A DNA stretch of 64,000 nt from Lama guanicoe. Its lineage: Eukaryota. A model generated the notes under the pieces. It did no database searches. It saw only the letters and a program-made list of their open reading frames with translations, and had not been told where the DNA came from. Where the stretch lies: the NCBI GenBank assembly GCA_013239625.1, contig MU053487.1, positions 3,369,058 through 3,433,057 on the forward strand, read 5' to 3'. The translations under genes were made by a program, and so were the position numbers. Below are positions 11,335 to 23,546 of the stretch, one piece after another. Position 1 is the first letter of the stretch. Each line of letters starts with the position of its first letter.

Positions 11335-12018
11335 GGAAAGCTGAAGATTAATGAGCTAGGTGTTTCAACTTCAGAAGTTAGAAATGTAATACCTAAATAT
11401 GCCTATCAAATATATAAAGAATGAAATGATAGAGATGAATGAAATAGAAAACAAACAAATGGAAAATCCTCTGCCAATATTAATTCTTTTAAAAAAGAGA
11501 AGGTACAAATGAACAATATTAAGAATTAAAAGAGAAAGAGGTTCCTCAAAAGGTTCAGTTTATGATAAAGCTCTGTATTTACTGATGTGATAAGATGTCT
11601 GTGACATAAGTGACATAATGTTTAGAGAAGTTACCAGCTTATGGAACTTCATTCATAATCAGTTATGTAAAATTCAGACATTTATTTAGACATTGAGGGA
11701 AGTTCATCAACATGTTGAGTAACTTCCACTGAACAGAAGATTTTAAGAAAATATTTACAATTCTTATTTGTATTTTTGTGTGCTTTGAAATTTAATATAT
11801 ATATGTGCATAATGTTTACAAAGATATTAATTTCCAAAGAGGAGAAACATTTAAAAGTATTTTTTAAGGAAAAATGGTAAGTTCCACTAGTCAAGGAATG
11901 TAAAATCCAAACTTACACACCTTTTTTTAGGAGATAGTGGAAGAGAAAATACTTCTGAACTAATTTAGGAGACTTGCAAAGCCTTGATTAAAACACACAC
12001 CCGGGCAGAGGCTGGAGC

Positions 12019-12118
12019 GGGGAGGGTGTATCTTGAATGATAGAGTGCTGGCTTAGTGTGCAAGGGGTCCTGGGTTCAATCCCCAGCACCACCTCCAAAA
12101 ATAAATAAACCTAATCAC
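12019..12118 (+). mobile_element. tRNA-Ala-derived SINE, degenerate
   Basis: GGGGAGGGTGTA...GGTCCTGGGTTCAATCCCCAG plus AATAAATAAACCTAAT tail. Confidence 0.8.
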
Positions 12119-12535
12119 TTGAGACTGGATTTTGCAGCCCTTCTGGAGGCCAGCAGCTGTCCTTGTCCCCTCTGAAGACCTGGCTTGTGCTGAGTGAGGC
12201 CTGAGTGCTGTGAGAACAAGGCCTGGTTCAGTGCTGTGGTTTTCTTTCTTTGTGTGTGTGTAGTTTGATGAGGGGTTTTGGTGGTGGGGTGGGGGGTGAG
12301 TTGTTTGCTTTTGTTCGTTGTTTCTTTAGTTTCTTATTTCTTTTTTTTTTTTTCCTCAAGAGGTTTGTCTTTTTCTCTGGCTTCAAAGATTAGCTCTTGG
12401 ATTATTTCTCATTTTTGTGTTTCACTGTTCTCTCATTGCTTTTGTCTTTTTTCCCTTCCTTTTTGCTTTCCTGCAACCTTGTATTTTCTTTTCTTTTTTT
12501 TCTTTTTTATCCCTAACCTCCTGAAATATGGCAGA

Positions 12536-12932
12536 TATTAGCTTCCTAGGACTGCTGAAAAAAGTACCATAAATGGAGTTGTTTCAAACGGAAATTTACT
12601 CTTTCAGAGTTCTGGAGGCTACAATTCAAAATCAAGATTATGGCAGGGTCAGTGCCCCCTCCGCAGGATCTAGGGAAGAATCCTTCTGTGCCTCTTCCAG
12701 CTTCTGGTGGTTGCTGGCAGTCCCTGGGCATGCGTCTGTGCATGTGTCTAAACTTCCCTCCTTTTATAAGAATACCAGTCATTGGATTAGGGCCCATCCT
12801 AATCCAGTATGATGTCATTTAAATTTAACTACATCTGCAAAGACCTTATTTCCAAATAAGGTCACATTCACAGGCACTGGGAGGTAGACCTTGAGCATAT
12901 ATTTTGGGGGCATACAGTTCTACTCACTACAT
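12536..12932. mobile_element. MLT1 (MaLR) solo LTR
   Basis: AGTTCTGGAGGCT, GGATTAGGGCCCA, TCTGCAAAGACCTTATTTCCAAATAAGGTCACATTC hallmarks. Confidence 0.85.
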
Positions 12933-13454
12933 GGGGTTAGTTCATTACTTTCAGTCTGTAATAAAAGCGTTCAAGAATATGCATCTATCTCTGATTATGT
13001 GTATCCCCGAAGTTCCGATAAGGATGTTTCCATTTTCCTGCTTTCTAAACAGCATGTTGTATTTTGATTTCCTCTTTGACCCCCTAATTAAGAGAATGAT
13101 TTAAAAGTCCTAAGTAGCTTGAGAGCCACCCCCTTATTACTATTTTGTTTGCGAGTCTTTTTTTTCCCTTTATTCTTTCAGTCCAAAAGTTTAAAGTTCA
13201 GCAGTACAGATGCAAAAGTCACCCCCTGACCACCAGTTTCTAAATCCTACTCTGACAGATAGTTTTTAATAGCTTGACATATATCTTTCCAGACCTTCCT
13301 TCCATGTATAAAGAACACCAGGGTTTAATTATCTGCTCTAACCACTTGTGGAGTAGGGGAAAGTCAGATCCCAGGGGGTGAGTGCAGTGAAACCCAAAAA
13401 ATGCAAGATATCCACACCAACACTTAATTTTCCTAAATCAACTTTGCTTCTAAG

Positions 13455-13700
13455 TGGGGAGGGACAAATTAGGAGTTTGGGATCAGCAGATACAAACTAC
13501 TATTTATAAAATAAATAAACAACAAGGTCCTACTTTATAGCATAGGGGACTATATTCAATATCTTATAATAACCTATAATGAAAAAATGTGAAAAAGAAT
13601 GTGTATGCATATCTATATATATACATATATATATATGACTGAATCACTATGCTGTACACCAGAAACTAACACAACGTTGTAAATCAACTGTACTTCAATT
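13455..13700 (+). mobile_element. L1 3'UTR fragment
   Basis: GGAGTTTGGGATCAGCAGATACAAACTACT...CACCAGAAACTAACACAACGTTGTAAATCAACT. Confidence 0.8.
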
Positions 13701-14792
13701 AGCTTTTCTCCTCAGAGGTCTTTAGAATCTGCTTAAACATCCAAGTCCATGAAACTTTTTTCCAGACATAAACGTAAAATCAGCTTGAAAAAAAAATCTG
13801 AATCTCAGCTGCAAGAGTTACTTATTTAACTGGAGGCAGGACCCACACCTCACCCTCAAACTTGGACAAACAGATTTGTGTGATGTTGGCCCTGCCAGGG
13901 GCTATAGTTCAAAACATTGATTTTCACTCAAAACAGCTTCCAACTGATCTCACAAAAAATTTGTACTACCTTTGAGATAGAGTGGAGAGAATTATTTAAC
14001 TTCTAACATATCTCAAGAAGAAATCTATAAAATTTCAGACATATAATAAATTAGTGAATCTGAATTATAATTGATTTGTCTATTTCATTCCCCAATTTCT
14101 GATTATTTTTGATTCAGTGATTTTTATCTTTGCCTTAGAAGTGAAAGGGCTAGGAATTAAAGCTACCAGTGTACTGCTAACTTTCCACTCTTAAAACTAC
14201 TCATTTAGAAAAATATATGCAAGCCTGAATGGTTTCAGTAGTTTTCAGGACTAATGAACACAGCTTTAAGTGATTTGGATAAAACAACTAGTCTGCTACT
14301 TTCACACAAACAGAATAAACTATGTTGGAATTTTAAAACTTTTAACTTTAAAATTTTAAAAAGAGGAACTCCTCTTTATGAAGAAAGCACTTCTTCAGGA
14401 TTTTTCTCAAAGAAAAAGGCTCACTTTGAGAAAAATCCATGCTGTGGCTGCAAACTTCAAAGAATCAAGAGAGATCCTAGTGTTGTTTCGTTGGTGACCA
14501 GAGTATAGGGACTGAATGTATGTTTGTCTCTGTTTTCCTATTTTATAATGAGTTCTCATTATTGTACTTACTAAATGAAAAGTTCTTTCTCTGAAAAGCT
14601 TACATCTAGTGCTTACCCTTGAATGGATTTGTTTTCACTCACTTCTGTGTTAGGATGTAATATATTCAGCTGACAAACACCTAGATTCAAATAAATCTCG
14701 ATGACTCAAATACCTTGCCAAAAGAAGAAAATGTAAGCTAGTATCTTTGGAGAAAATAGTTTTGTGGCCTGGGAGCAGGGAAACACTTCTTT

Positions 14793-15810
14793 TATTTATT
14801 TTATTTTATTGAAGTACTGTCAGTTACAATGTGTCAGTTTCTGGTGTACAGCACAATGTCCCACAATGTCATGTGTGTATATATACATTTTATTTTCATA
14901 TTCTTTTTCATTAAAAGTTATTACAAAATATTGAACATAGTTCCCTGTGTGCCATAAAGAAGAAACTTAAAAAAATCTATTTTTATATATAGTGGCTAAC
15001 GTTTGTAAATCTCAAACTCTCAAATTTATCCCTTTCCACCCCCTTTCCCTGGTAACCAGAAGATTGTTTACTATGTCTGCAAGTCTGCTTCTGTTTTGTA
15101 GATGAGTTCATAGTGTCCTTTCTTTTTCTCTAGATTCAACATATGAGTGATACCTATGGTATTTTTCTTCCTCTTTCTGGCTTACTTCACTTAGAATGAC
15201 ATTCTCCAGGTCCATCCATGTTGCTGCAAATGGCATTATTTTATTCTTTTTATGGCTGAGTAGTATTCCATTGTTTAAATATATCACAACTTCTTTATCC
15301 AGTCATCTGTCAATGGACAGTTAGGTTGTTTCCAGTCTTGGCTATTGTAAATAGTCCTGCTATGAACATTGGGGTGCATGTATCTTTTCGGATTAGAGTT
15401 CCCTCTGGATATATATCCAGAAGTGGGATTGCTGGATGATATGGTAAGTTTATTTTTAGCTTTTTGAGGAATCTCCATACTGTTTTCCATTAATGGCTGC
15501 ACCAATTTTTTTTTAATTGAAAGTTTAGTTGATTTACAACGTTGTGTTTAGTTTCTGGTATACAGCAAAGTGATTCAGTTACACACACATATATTCTTAT
15601 ATATATATATTTTTTTCAGATTCTTTTCCTTTACAGATTATTACAAGATATTGAATACAGTTCCCTGTGCTCTACAGTAGGTCCTTGTTTACCTATTTTA
15701 TATGTATTTTATATGTAGTATGTATCTGTTAATCCCAAATTCCCAATTTATTCTGTCCCCCTTTTCCCCTTTGGTAACCATAAGTTTGTTTTCTCTGTGA
15801 GGCTGTTTGT
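14793..15810 (-). mobile_element. Two tandem 5'-truncated L1 3' ends (14793-15505, 15506-15810)
   Basis: Two poly(T) tails; frameshifted ORF2 C-terminus (VQPL...WKQPNCPLTDDWIKK); flanked by AAACACTTCTTT repeats. Confidence 0.85.
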
Positions 15811-15827
15811 AAACACTTCTTTAAACT

Positions 15828-15962
15828 CTTTTTTTTTTATGGAGGGGAAGAAATTAGGTTTGTTTATTTACTTATTTATTTTAATGGCTGTACTGGGGAC
15901 TGAACCCAGGACCTCATGCATGCTAAGCATGCGCTCTACCACTGAGCTATACCCTCTCCCCC
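15828..15962 (-). mobile_element. tRNA-Ala-derived SINE
   Basis: Reverse complement GGGTATAGCTCAGTGGTAGAGCGCATGCTTAGCATGCATGAGGTCCTGGGTTCAGTCCCCAG; TSD AAACACTTCTT(T)AAAC. Confidence 0.9.
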
Positions 15963-16517
15963 AGGAAACACTTCTTAAACAAGATCAAATAGCCTAGCCA
16001 ATAAGGAGGAAAATGGGTGGATTTTATTATATTCAAATTAAAGATTTCCTGTCCATAAAGGGCAAGATGGACAGAGTTAGCAGGTAAGTGATACTATTGG
16101 GAGAAGATATTTGCAACATCTAAAACGGGGAGGGAACTTATATCTTGAAGTATAAGAAACTCCTGCAAATCCATAAAAATTTCCAACTGAAAAATTGGCA
16201 GACGATATAAGCAAGGAATTCACTGAATGGGAGTGAGTGTATACGAAGAGATGCTCCTATTCATCAGTAATGAGAGAAATGCACATTAATAACGAGAAGC
16301 CACTCCTCACCTATTACACTGGCAAAAACGAAAAGGATGGAAAGGCCAGGTAGTATATGTAGGTACTACGTGGGGAGAGAGGTACTCTTGTGCGTTCCAG
16401 GTGGGAGTGAGGACCAGCACCACCGTCCTCAGGCATAATCCGCATCAAACTAGTTATGCACACAAAATAAACCGTACTTTTGGATATAACCCCCTAACCC
16501 ACCCACCCCCACCCCCA

Positions 16518-16545
16518 NNNNNNNNNNNNNNNNNNNNNNNNNNNN
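16518..16545. other. Assembly gap (28 N)
   Basis: Run of N directly after a C-rich tract. Confidence 1.
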
Positions 16546-17089
16546 CAAGTTCAGCAAAAGGGAGATAAGTAATCAGACCAGTGCATGAAGGGCTCTGCTG
16601 GGCTGGGAGCTCCTGGGAGGAACATCTCACCTGGCTGGGGTTGGGAGGGCTTCTGGGACAAGGACCCATTAGGTGGAATGAGGGTAGGGGAAGGTGTCTT
16701 CAGCTCTAGGAAGAAAGGGAGTGGGTCTGATTTTGATTCTCATCCCCCTTCACCATTGGCCCATCAGTACTAGATGGCAGCAGGAATGAATGAGCCCGGT
16801 TGGAGGGGAGTGTAGGGGAAGAGGCGGCTCAAGAGCTCTGACTTCAAATACATTGGTGGGATGTGGCACATGGCGCAGCTGGGAGTTACTCAAATCCGCT
16901 GGGTCAGGACAGGGCCTGCTGGAGCCCAGTGCCTCCAATCCCAGGGCACATTTCCCTGTAACCACCATAAGTGGACAGCTGCTCCAGTACCTGAGAGACG
17001 GCCATGGAGGTCCTCAGGCCCAGGGCCACCAGATGGGCAGAAACAAGCCGGCTTAAAGTTGAATCCTCTGGCCAGGAAGTCCTCCGAGG

Positions 17090-17720
17090 GAAGGTTGGCC
17101 GCTTTAGGGCCGGGTCTGGGCAGGGAGCGTATTTGCATGGGAGGTCGGGTGGTACGGGGTTGGAGGGAGCCCGCTGCGCAGGCGGAGTCCCCGCCCCGTC
17201 CGCCAGGCGGCGCCAGAGCGCAAAGAATCTGGAAAACCCGGGTCCGGGAGTCCGGCGGGGCGGGGCAAGGGGCAAGGGGCGGGCCGGTTGAAGCTCCGCC
17301 ACGGTCTGGCCGCGGGAAGGACTGACGGATAGAGGGGCTGCTGGAGCCTCAGGGGCCATGGCCGAGCCCGCCGCTCGCCGCTGCTGCCTGGGCTGGGACT
17401 TCAGCACGCAGCAGGTATCCGCTCGGGCCCTGGGCAGGGCGGGCGGGGCGGCCTCCTCGCCGACGCCGGGCGGGCCGGGCGGGCGGACCGGGACCCGGGC
17501 GCCCGGGGCCCTGGGCCGCGCCGCGGGCGCGCCTCCCTCTCGGGCTTCCCGGGAACCCGGCGCCCCTGCCCGCGCGCCGCGCCTGCCTGGACCCCGGCCC
17601 TCCCGGAAACCGCGTCCCCTTCGCCATCGCCCCCTCCCCTCAGAGGGACCCCGCGGGCACGTGGCGGGGACGTGCCCGGGGACCCGAAGGGCTCGCGCGC
17701 CGTCTGGGCAGAGTGACCGG
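17090..17720. promoter_or_regulatory. CpG island and TATA-less promoter of XYLB
   Basis: Very high GC and CpG density around the ATG; GC boxes near 17190 and at 17257-17265; octamer ATTTGCAT at 17131-17138. Confidence 0.9.
17358..17414 (+). CDS. XYLB: XYLB (xylulokinase, FGGY kinase family) exon 1
   Basis: Strong Kozak GCCATGG; MAEPAARRCCLGWDFSTQQ contains the FGGY phosphate-1 motif (GxDxSTQ); donor GTATCC. Confidence 0.97.
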
Positions 17721-18657
17721 GAGCCAAACGAACTCGGCTGCTGTAAGACAGGACCAGACAGGCAGACACACAGGCATAACCAGTGACCTGGAAGCAGGTC
17801 ACCGCTTGAACCTTTTTTTTTTTTTTTGAGTGAAATGGGCACAGTATACATATGAACTTTGTTCTACCCCGTGACAGCCCGTGGTTGGCAGCCTCGTGCC
17901 CGGGTCCACGTGCCCGTCATTGCTGGCCAGAGGACTGCCTTTGCTGCTCTGAGGGCCCCAAAGACCGGCAAAAGCTGCCCTCAAACTGGGCCTGGAGTGC
18001 TAAGCGGCTCTTTCTCCTTAACTTGGGAAACCAACGTAGTTGCAATCAAACCCCAATCCTCAAATGGGTTAGAGGACCAGCAAGGCTGTGGCCAGTTAAC
18101 CCCTGACCAGAGAGTCATGTGGGACCTTGGATAAGTCAGATTGCCTTGCTAGACCTCAATTTCCCCATCTGTCGAGGAAAAAAGTTGTACCCTTGAGTTT
18201 GGAGATCTGCTCCACTAGGACATGTGTCTGTGGTCCATGATCATGGCCTACGAGTACAACCAAGGGATCTTGCCTGGTCTTTCAGATCCCTGCAGGCACG
18301 GACCCCGAGAAACATCTCCAAACCCTGCCTCCCATTCACTCCCCCAACAGGGGACCCTCCTTGCCTGGCGCAGGAACAAGCTTATCTGTGAACATCTACC
18401 TCTAGAGGGTCTTGGCTTTCGGTGTTTGGAGGGCAAAAATTCCCTGAGCTACATGGGTGTTTCTACTTGGCCTCAGCTTCTTCATTTTACTATGTCTTTG
18501 GATATGTCTCCAGATGAGGCCTATGTTGCCATGGTTACTGTAATGCACCCAGCCTTCAAGGATGTCTGTAGACAACCACTTCTAGGTGGCTGGGCTTCAT
18601 TTGGTGATGCTCATATCCCTGGACCAGTGTAGAAGAGGGGAGAAATTCTATACATAA

Positions 18658-18762
<105 letters not shown>

Positions 18763-18817
18763 TAGGTACTTAATGTGCATCTGTGTCGGGAGGTTGGTTT
18801 TGGAGTCCTCTCTCAAC

Positions 18818-18895
18818 TTTTTTTTTTTTAATGGAGGTACTGGGGACTGAACCCAGGACCTCTTGCATGCTAAGGATGGCTCTACCATGGAGCTT
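18818..18895 (-). mobile_element. tRNA-Ala-derived SINE just downstream of XYLB exon 2
   Basis: TGGAGGTACTGGGGACTGAACCCAGGACC...CTCTACC plus poly(T). Confidence 0.82.
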
Positions 18896-19039
18896 TTTAC
18901 ATTCATAAACCACACTATTCTGGCTTCATCAAACGTCAGGACGAGTGGTCTTGGTAGATCTCTCAGCATCTTCTATGCCTGGAATGTGCTCTCCTGCATT
19001 TCTTTCCAGTTCCACTCATTGCTTCCTCTCTGCAGTAGG

Positions 19040-19830
19040 TATCAGTTGAGACTTACTCTGTGCCAGGCACTGTGCTGGGTGCTGGGATTTGATAGTGAAC
19101 AGAAGGAGGCATGTTCCTTGCTCTCTCAGAGCTTCCCATTGAGTAGGAGAGAGTGATATCAATCAGAGAATTTCACAATAGAATGTTTGGTTGTAAACTC
19201 AGAGAAGGCCATTAAAGAACAGGAACTTACTTCTTCAAGTACATATTTGAAGTAAAGAAATTAGACCAAGACTTGAAAGAGTGGGTTAGGGAATATCCTT
19301 AAAGAAGAAATGCTTAAACCAAGATCTGAATAAATGGGGTTAGCCAAGTGATAGACTGTAGAGAGCGTTCCAGGCAAGGGAAACAGCATGTGCAAAGGCC
19401 CTGTGGCAAGAAAGAGCACTGCTCATTCATGGAATTGAAGAATGCCAGTGTGGCTGGGGAGCAGGGAGGGAGGTAGATGCTGGGCTGGGCCATAGTATAG
19501 TTTGTCTTTATCCTGAAAGCTGTGGTCACCCACTGATGGGCCATAGGGATGGAGGGGGTGGTGTGTGATATGATTGTATTTGTGTTTTGAAAAGATCTCT
19601 CTGGGTGCAGTGGGAAAGCAGATGGGATATGGCCAGAGTACATGTTGGGAAACCACTGAGGTTTTTCAAGATCATATGGATGAGAAATGATGTTGATTGG
19701 AGGAGAGAGAGCTGGATGGTAAAACTGACAGGTTTTGGTGCAGAGCTGAATGTGAGATCTGAAGGTGAGATTACTGGCTGGCCTTCGGGGTGAAAGAGAA
19801 TTGGTTTCAAGGAGAAAGATGATGAATTTA
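19040..19830. mobile_element. L2 LINE remnant
   Basis: TACTCTGTGCCAGGCACTGTGCTGGG and GGAAACAGCATGTGCAAAGGCCCTG hallmarks. Confidence 0.7.
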
Positions 19831-19836
19831 GCTTTT

Positions 19837-20250
19837 GTATTACTTTGCCAGTACAAAGTACCACAGACTGGGTGGTTTAAATAACAGAAATCTATTTTAC
19901 CATAGTTCTGGGGCCCCGAGATCCAAGTTCAAGGTGCTGGGAGCGCTGGTTTCCTCTAAGGCCTCTCTCCTTGGTTTCCAGGAGAAAGCTGCTTCTTGCT
20001 GTCTGTCACGTGGTCGTCCCTCCGTGCAAGTACACCCCTGGTGTCTCTCAGTCTTGTTATGTGTGTCCTAACCTCCTTTTATAAGGACACCAGTCACCCT
20101 GGATTAGGGCCCACTCTAATGACTTCATTGGGACTTAATTACCTCTTTAAAGGCCCTGTCTCCGTAAACAGTCACATTCTGAAGTGCTGGAGCTTAGGGC
20201 TTCAACATGTGAATTTTGGCAGGGGAGTGGGCGCAATGCAGCCCATAGCA
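19837..20250. mobile_element. MLT1 (MaLR) solo LTR
   Basis: TACCACAGACTGGGTGGTTTAAATAACAGAAAT...GGATTAGGGCCCAC...GGGCTTCAACAT. Confidence 0.85.
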
Positions 20251-23200
20251 GCTGTGGACTTGTTGGTTTTGAGAGGTCCTGGTGCAAGTCTGTTGCATGT
20301 CTGTCCTAGGTGTCACATCCTCTCTGAAGCCTCCCCAGTGACCCTGCATGCGCCTCTCACTCCCCATTACCTTGGGTTGCCTCTTCTTTCTCCCCCAGCT
20401 GTCGTCTCCCCTTCGAGCTGAGGTTGGGAGCCTCTTTGCTTTCATGTTTTATGTTACTTCAGGCCACCTGTGTTAGTGTTTTGGTAGTTTGTGTCTTGCA
20501 AGGAATTGGTCCATTTCATCTAACCTATCAAATTTGTGGCCATCAGGGTGTTCACAATATTCCTTTATTGTTCTTTGATGGCCGCGGGATCAGTAGTGAT
20601 GATCCTGCTGATGTTGGTAATTTGTGTCCTCTCTCTCTTTTCCTTGATTAGCCTGGCTAGAAGCGTATCAATTTTATTGATCTTTACAAAGAATCAGCTT
20701 TGGGTTTCATTGATTCTCTCTTTTGCTTTTTTATTTTCATCTTCATTGACTCGGGCTCTCGTTTTTATCATTTCTCTTCTTTTTCTTTTCTCCTTAAAAT
20801 ACTCATTCTCTAGTTTCCTGAAGTGGAAACTTAGATTATTGATTTTTAGCTCTTCTTTGCCAGAATATGCATTTAATGCTGTAAATTTCTGTCAAAGCAC
20901 TGCTTTTGCTGCCTCCCACAAATTTTGATAGGTTGTGTTTTCATTTTTAATTAGCTCAAAATATTTTAAAATTTCTCTTGAGACTTCTTTGACTCATGTT
21001 ATTTAGAAGCCTCTTGATTAATCTCCACAATTTCCAGCTGTTTTTCAGTTGTTGATTTCTAGTTTAATTCCATTGTGTTTTGAAAACATACCTCATATGA
21101 TTTCTAGTCTTTTATATTTTTAAGTTCCCCTTTCTCCACTCTTTTTCATTCAGTGGGTTTGTCAGTTCTCTCTATTACGTATCTTTGAAAAAAAGAAAAA
21201 AAGTATTCGTGACCAAAATACAGGATTGCCTTTTTGACTCAGTTAGTTTTACAGTTTTTTAAACCAGATGCAAACAGAGCTAGTTCACTCCTTCCTCACC
21301 TCAGGTCACTTTCTATGTATTGCTTTTTTTTTTTTTACAATTTTATTGAAGTTTTACTTGTTTATTTATTAGTGATGTACACTAAACTCCACACGTATAT
21401 AAATTGTACAGTTTGATAAGTTTTGACGTACGTATTCAACCATCACCCAAATCAAGATAATGAACATTCCCAACCCCCCAGGGTTTCCACATCCCCCTTT
21501 GCAATCCATCCCTCTTCCCTTCCCCACCCCTGTCTGCTGGCAACCACTGACATGTTTTCTGTCACTATAAATTACATTTTCTAGAATTTTATGTAAAGGG
21601 AATCATAATTATACACTCTTTTTTTTTAAATCTGGCTTTTTTAACTCACCATAATCATTTTGAGGTTCATCCTCGTTATGTGTATCACCTGTTGTTTTTA
21701 TTGCCGAGCAGTACTCCACTGTGGGAGTGGGTCACAACTGGATTATCCATTCACCTGATGAGGGACCTTTGGGTTTTTTCCAGTTTGTTATTATTGTCAC
21801 TGAAGAGGCTATGAAATTCACATACAAGTCTTTGTGTTGATAGAAGCTTTCATTTCCCAGGAGTGGAATGGCTGGGTTATATGATAGGTACATGTTTAAC
21901 TTTTTAAGAAATTACCAAATTCTTTTCCAAAGTGGTTATTTTAATAAGAATATTTTATTTTATGACTAGGCATTATGCGTACTTGGTAGGTAATTCAAAG
22001 AAACAAAAGGCATACAAGGAAAAGTTTGAATCCCTCCGTGACCTGCCTTTCCCAACAGATAATTTCTCTGGTGCATCCTTCCAGTGTTTTGTATCAAAGT
22101 GTAAGCAGATATGAAAAGTCTTACTTTCTCCCTTTCTGGTATGTAACCGAAGCACACTGTGTATACCATTCTGTACCGTGGTTTATTGATTTCACAATCA
22201 CCATGTCAGTAGATGGGGCTTCCGTGTTCTCTTTTGGATAGACGTACCATCTCCTACTGAAGGACATTGGGTTGTTTGCAGTGAAAAATGATGTGAATTA
22301 CCTTACATTTGCCATTATAGATATGTGCCAGTTTATCTGTAAGTTAATATTTCAACAATCCTATTGTTGATATATATTTTGAGCTGTATACGTTTATATT
22401 TTGGAAGTTGTGGCCACTGGGGGGCCCCCCAGTAGGGATCGTATTAATTGTGCCTCACCAGAGATACACAAGGGTACCTCTTTCCCACAGCACTGCCTCT
22501 TCACTGTGGTCGTAAGAGTTTTTGACTCTTTTCTAGAGAGGTGAAAAAGCAGTATCTCCTTGTAGGTTTCCTTTGCCGCCCTCTTATTTTGAATGAAGTT
22601 GAGCATTTTTTCATATGTTGAAGGATTACTTGAATTTTTTTTTTCTGTGAAGCTGGTTTTCTTGCCTTTTCCCGTTTTCTGTTCAATTGGTTGTTTAAAA
22701 AAAATCAATTTCTAGGAGCTCTTTATATATTAGAGGAATTCTCTCTCTTTGTTGTTAAGTGAATTGCAAATATCTTCCTCAGGTTTTTGTGTGGTTTTGA
22801 CTTGTGTGTGGGTTGTTGCTGTTGTTGGCAGACTTGAGCTTTGGGGGTTTTGGGTTTTTTTTCTGACGTATATATATATTTTTTAAATTGAAATATAGTC
22901 AGTTTACAATGTTATGTCAATTCCTGGTGAACAGCACAATGCTTCAGCCATATCATACATGAACATACATATATTCGTTTTCATATTCTTTTTCACCATA
23001 GGTAACTATGAGATATTCAATATAGTTCCCTGTGCTGTACAGTCTAAACTTGTTTAGAGCTTTTGTTTTTTATGTCATTGAATTCCTCAATCTCTGCTTC
23101 TGTTGCTTCTTGATTTTCCCTCATAGTTTAAAAGGCCTCCTCACTCTGAGGTTGTGAAAGAGTTCACCTAGAGGTTTTGTTCTAGTTCTTATAAGATTTT

Positions 23201-23546
23201 AGTTTTCTTACATAAAAAAGTTTGGAGTTTAGGTACAGGGCATGACGTTCGTATCCAACTTCAATTTTTTTTCCAGGTGACTCTCCAGTTGTTTTAATGC
23301 TTTTTATTTTAGAACTCCATCTTTGCCTCACTGATTTGAGACACTAGCTTTATTATATGCTAAATTTCTGTCCCTTTAAATGAGCAAGAAATAGACTTCA
23401 GCTGTGTTGAGCCCTGGAAATTTTGTTTTTTCCTTTACTAATACAGATGTTTTTTCCCCAAATCTTATCTTTAAACAAACAATAAAAAGCTCTATTGGGA
23501 TATAATTCACATACCATAAAATTCACTCTTTTAAAATATACAATTT

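Larger units (their letters stand above)
10870..11995 (+). mobile_element. Ancient L1 ORF2 remnant interrupted by younger insertions
   Basis: A-rich decayed L1 sequence (CTTGTAGATTACAGCTAAA, AATGAAATAGAAAACAAA). Confidence 0.6.

Noticed and set aside
13700..14690. Possible processed pseudogene or L1 3' transduction after a tail-less L1 end
   Set aside because: No recognisable protein in the frames I read, and no terminal poly(A) or flanking TSD found.
16480..16545. CCCTAACCC and C-rich tract next to the gap (telomere-like)
   Set aside because: Only one telomeric unit is present; most likely a C-run that broke the assembly.
16861..17851. Long overlapping ORFs on both strands (up to 315 aa)
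   Set aside because: Stop-poor GC-rich CpG island giving low-complexity R/G/P/A translations. Only 17358-17414 is a supported exon.
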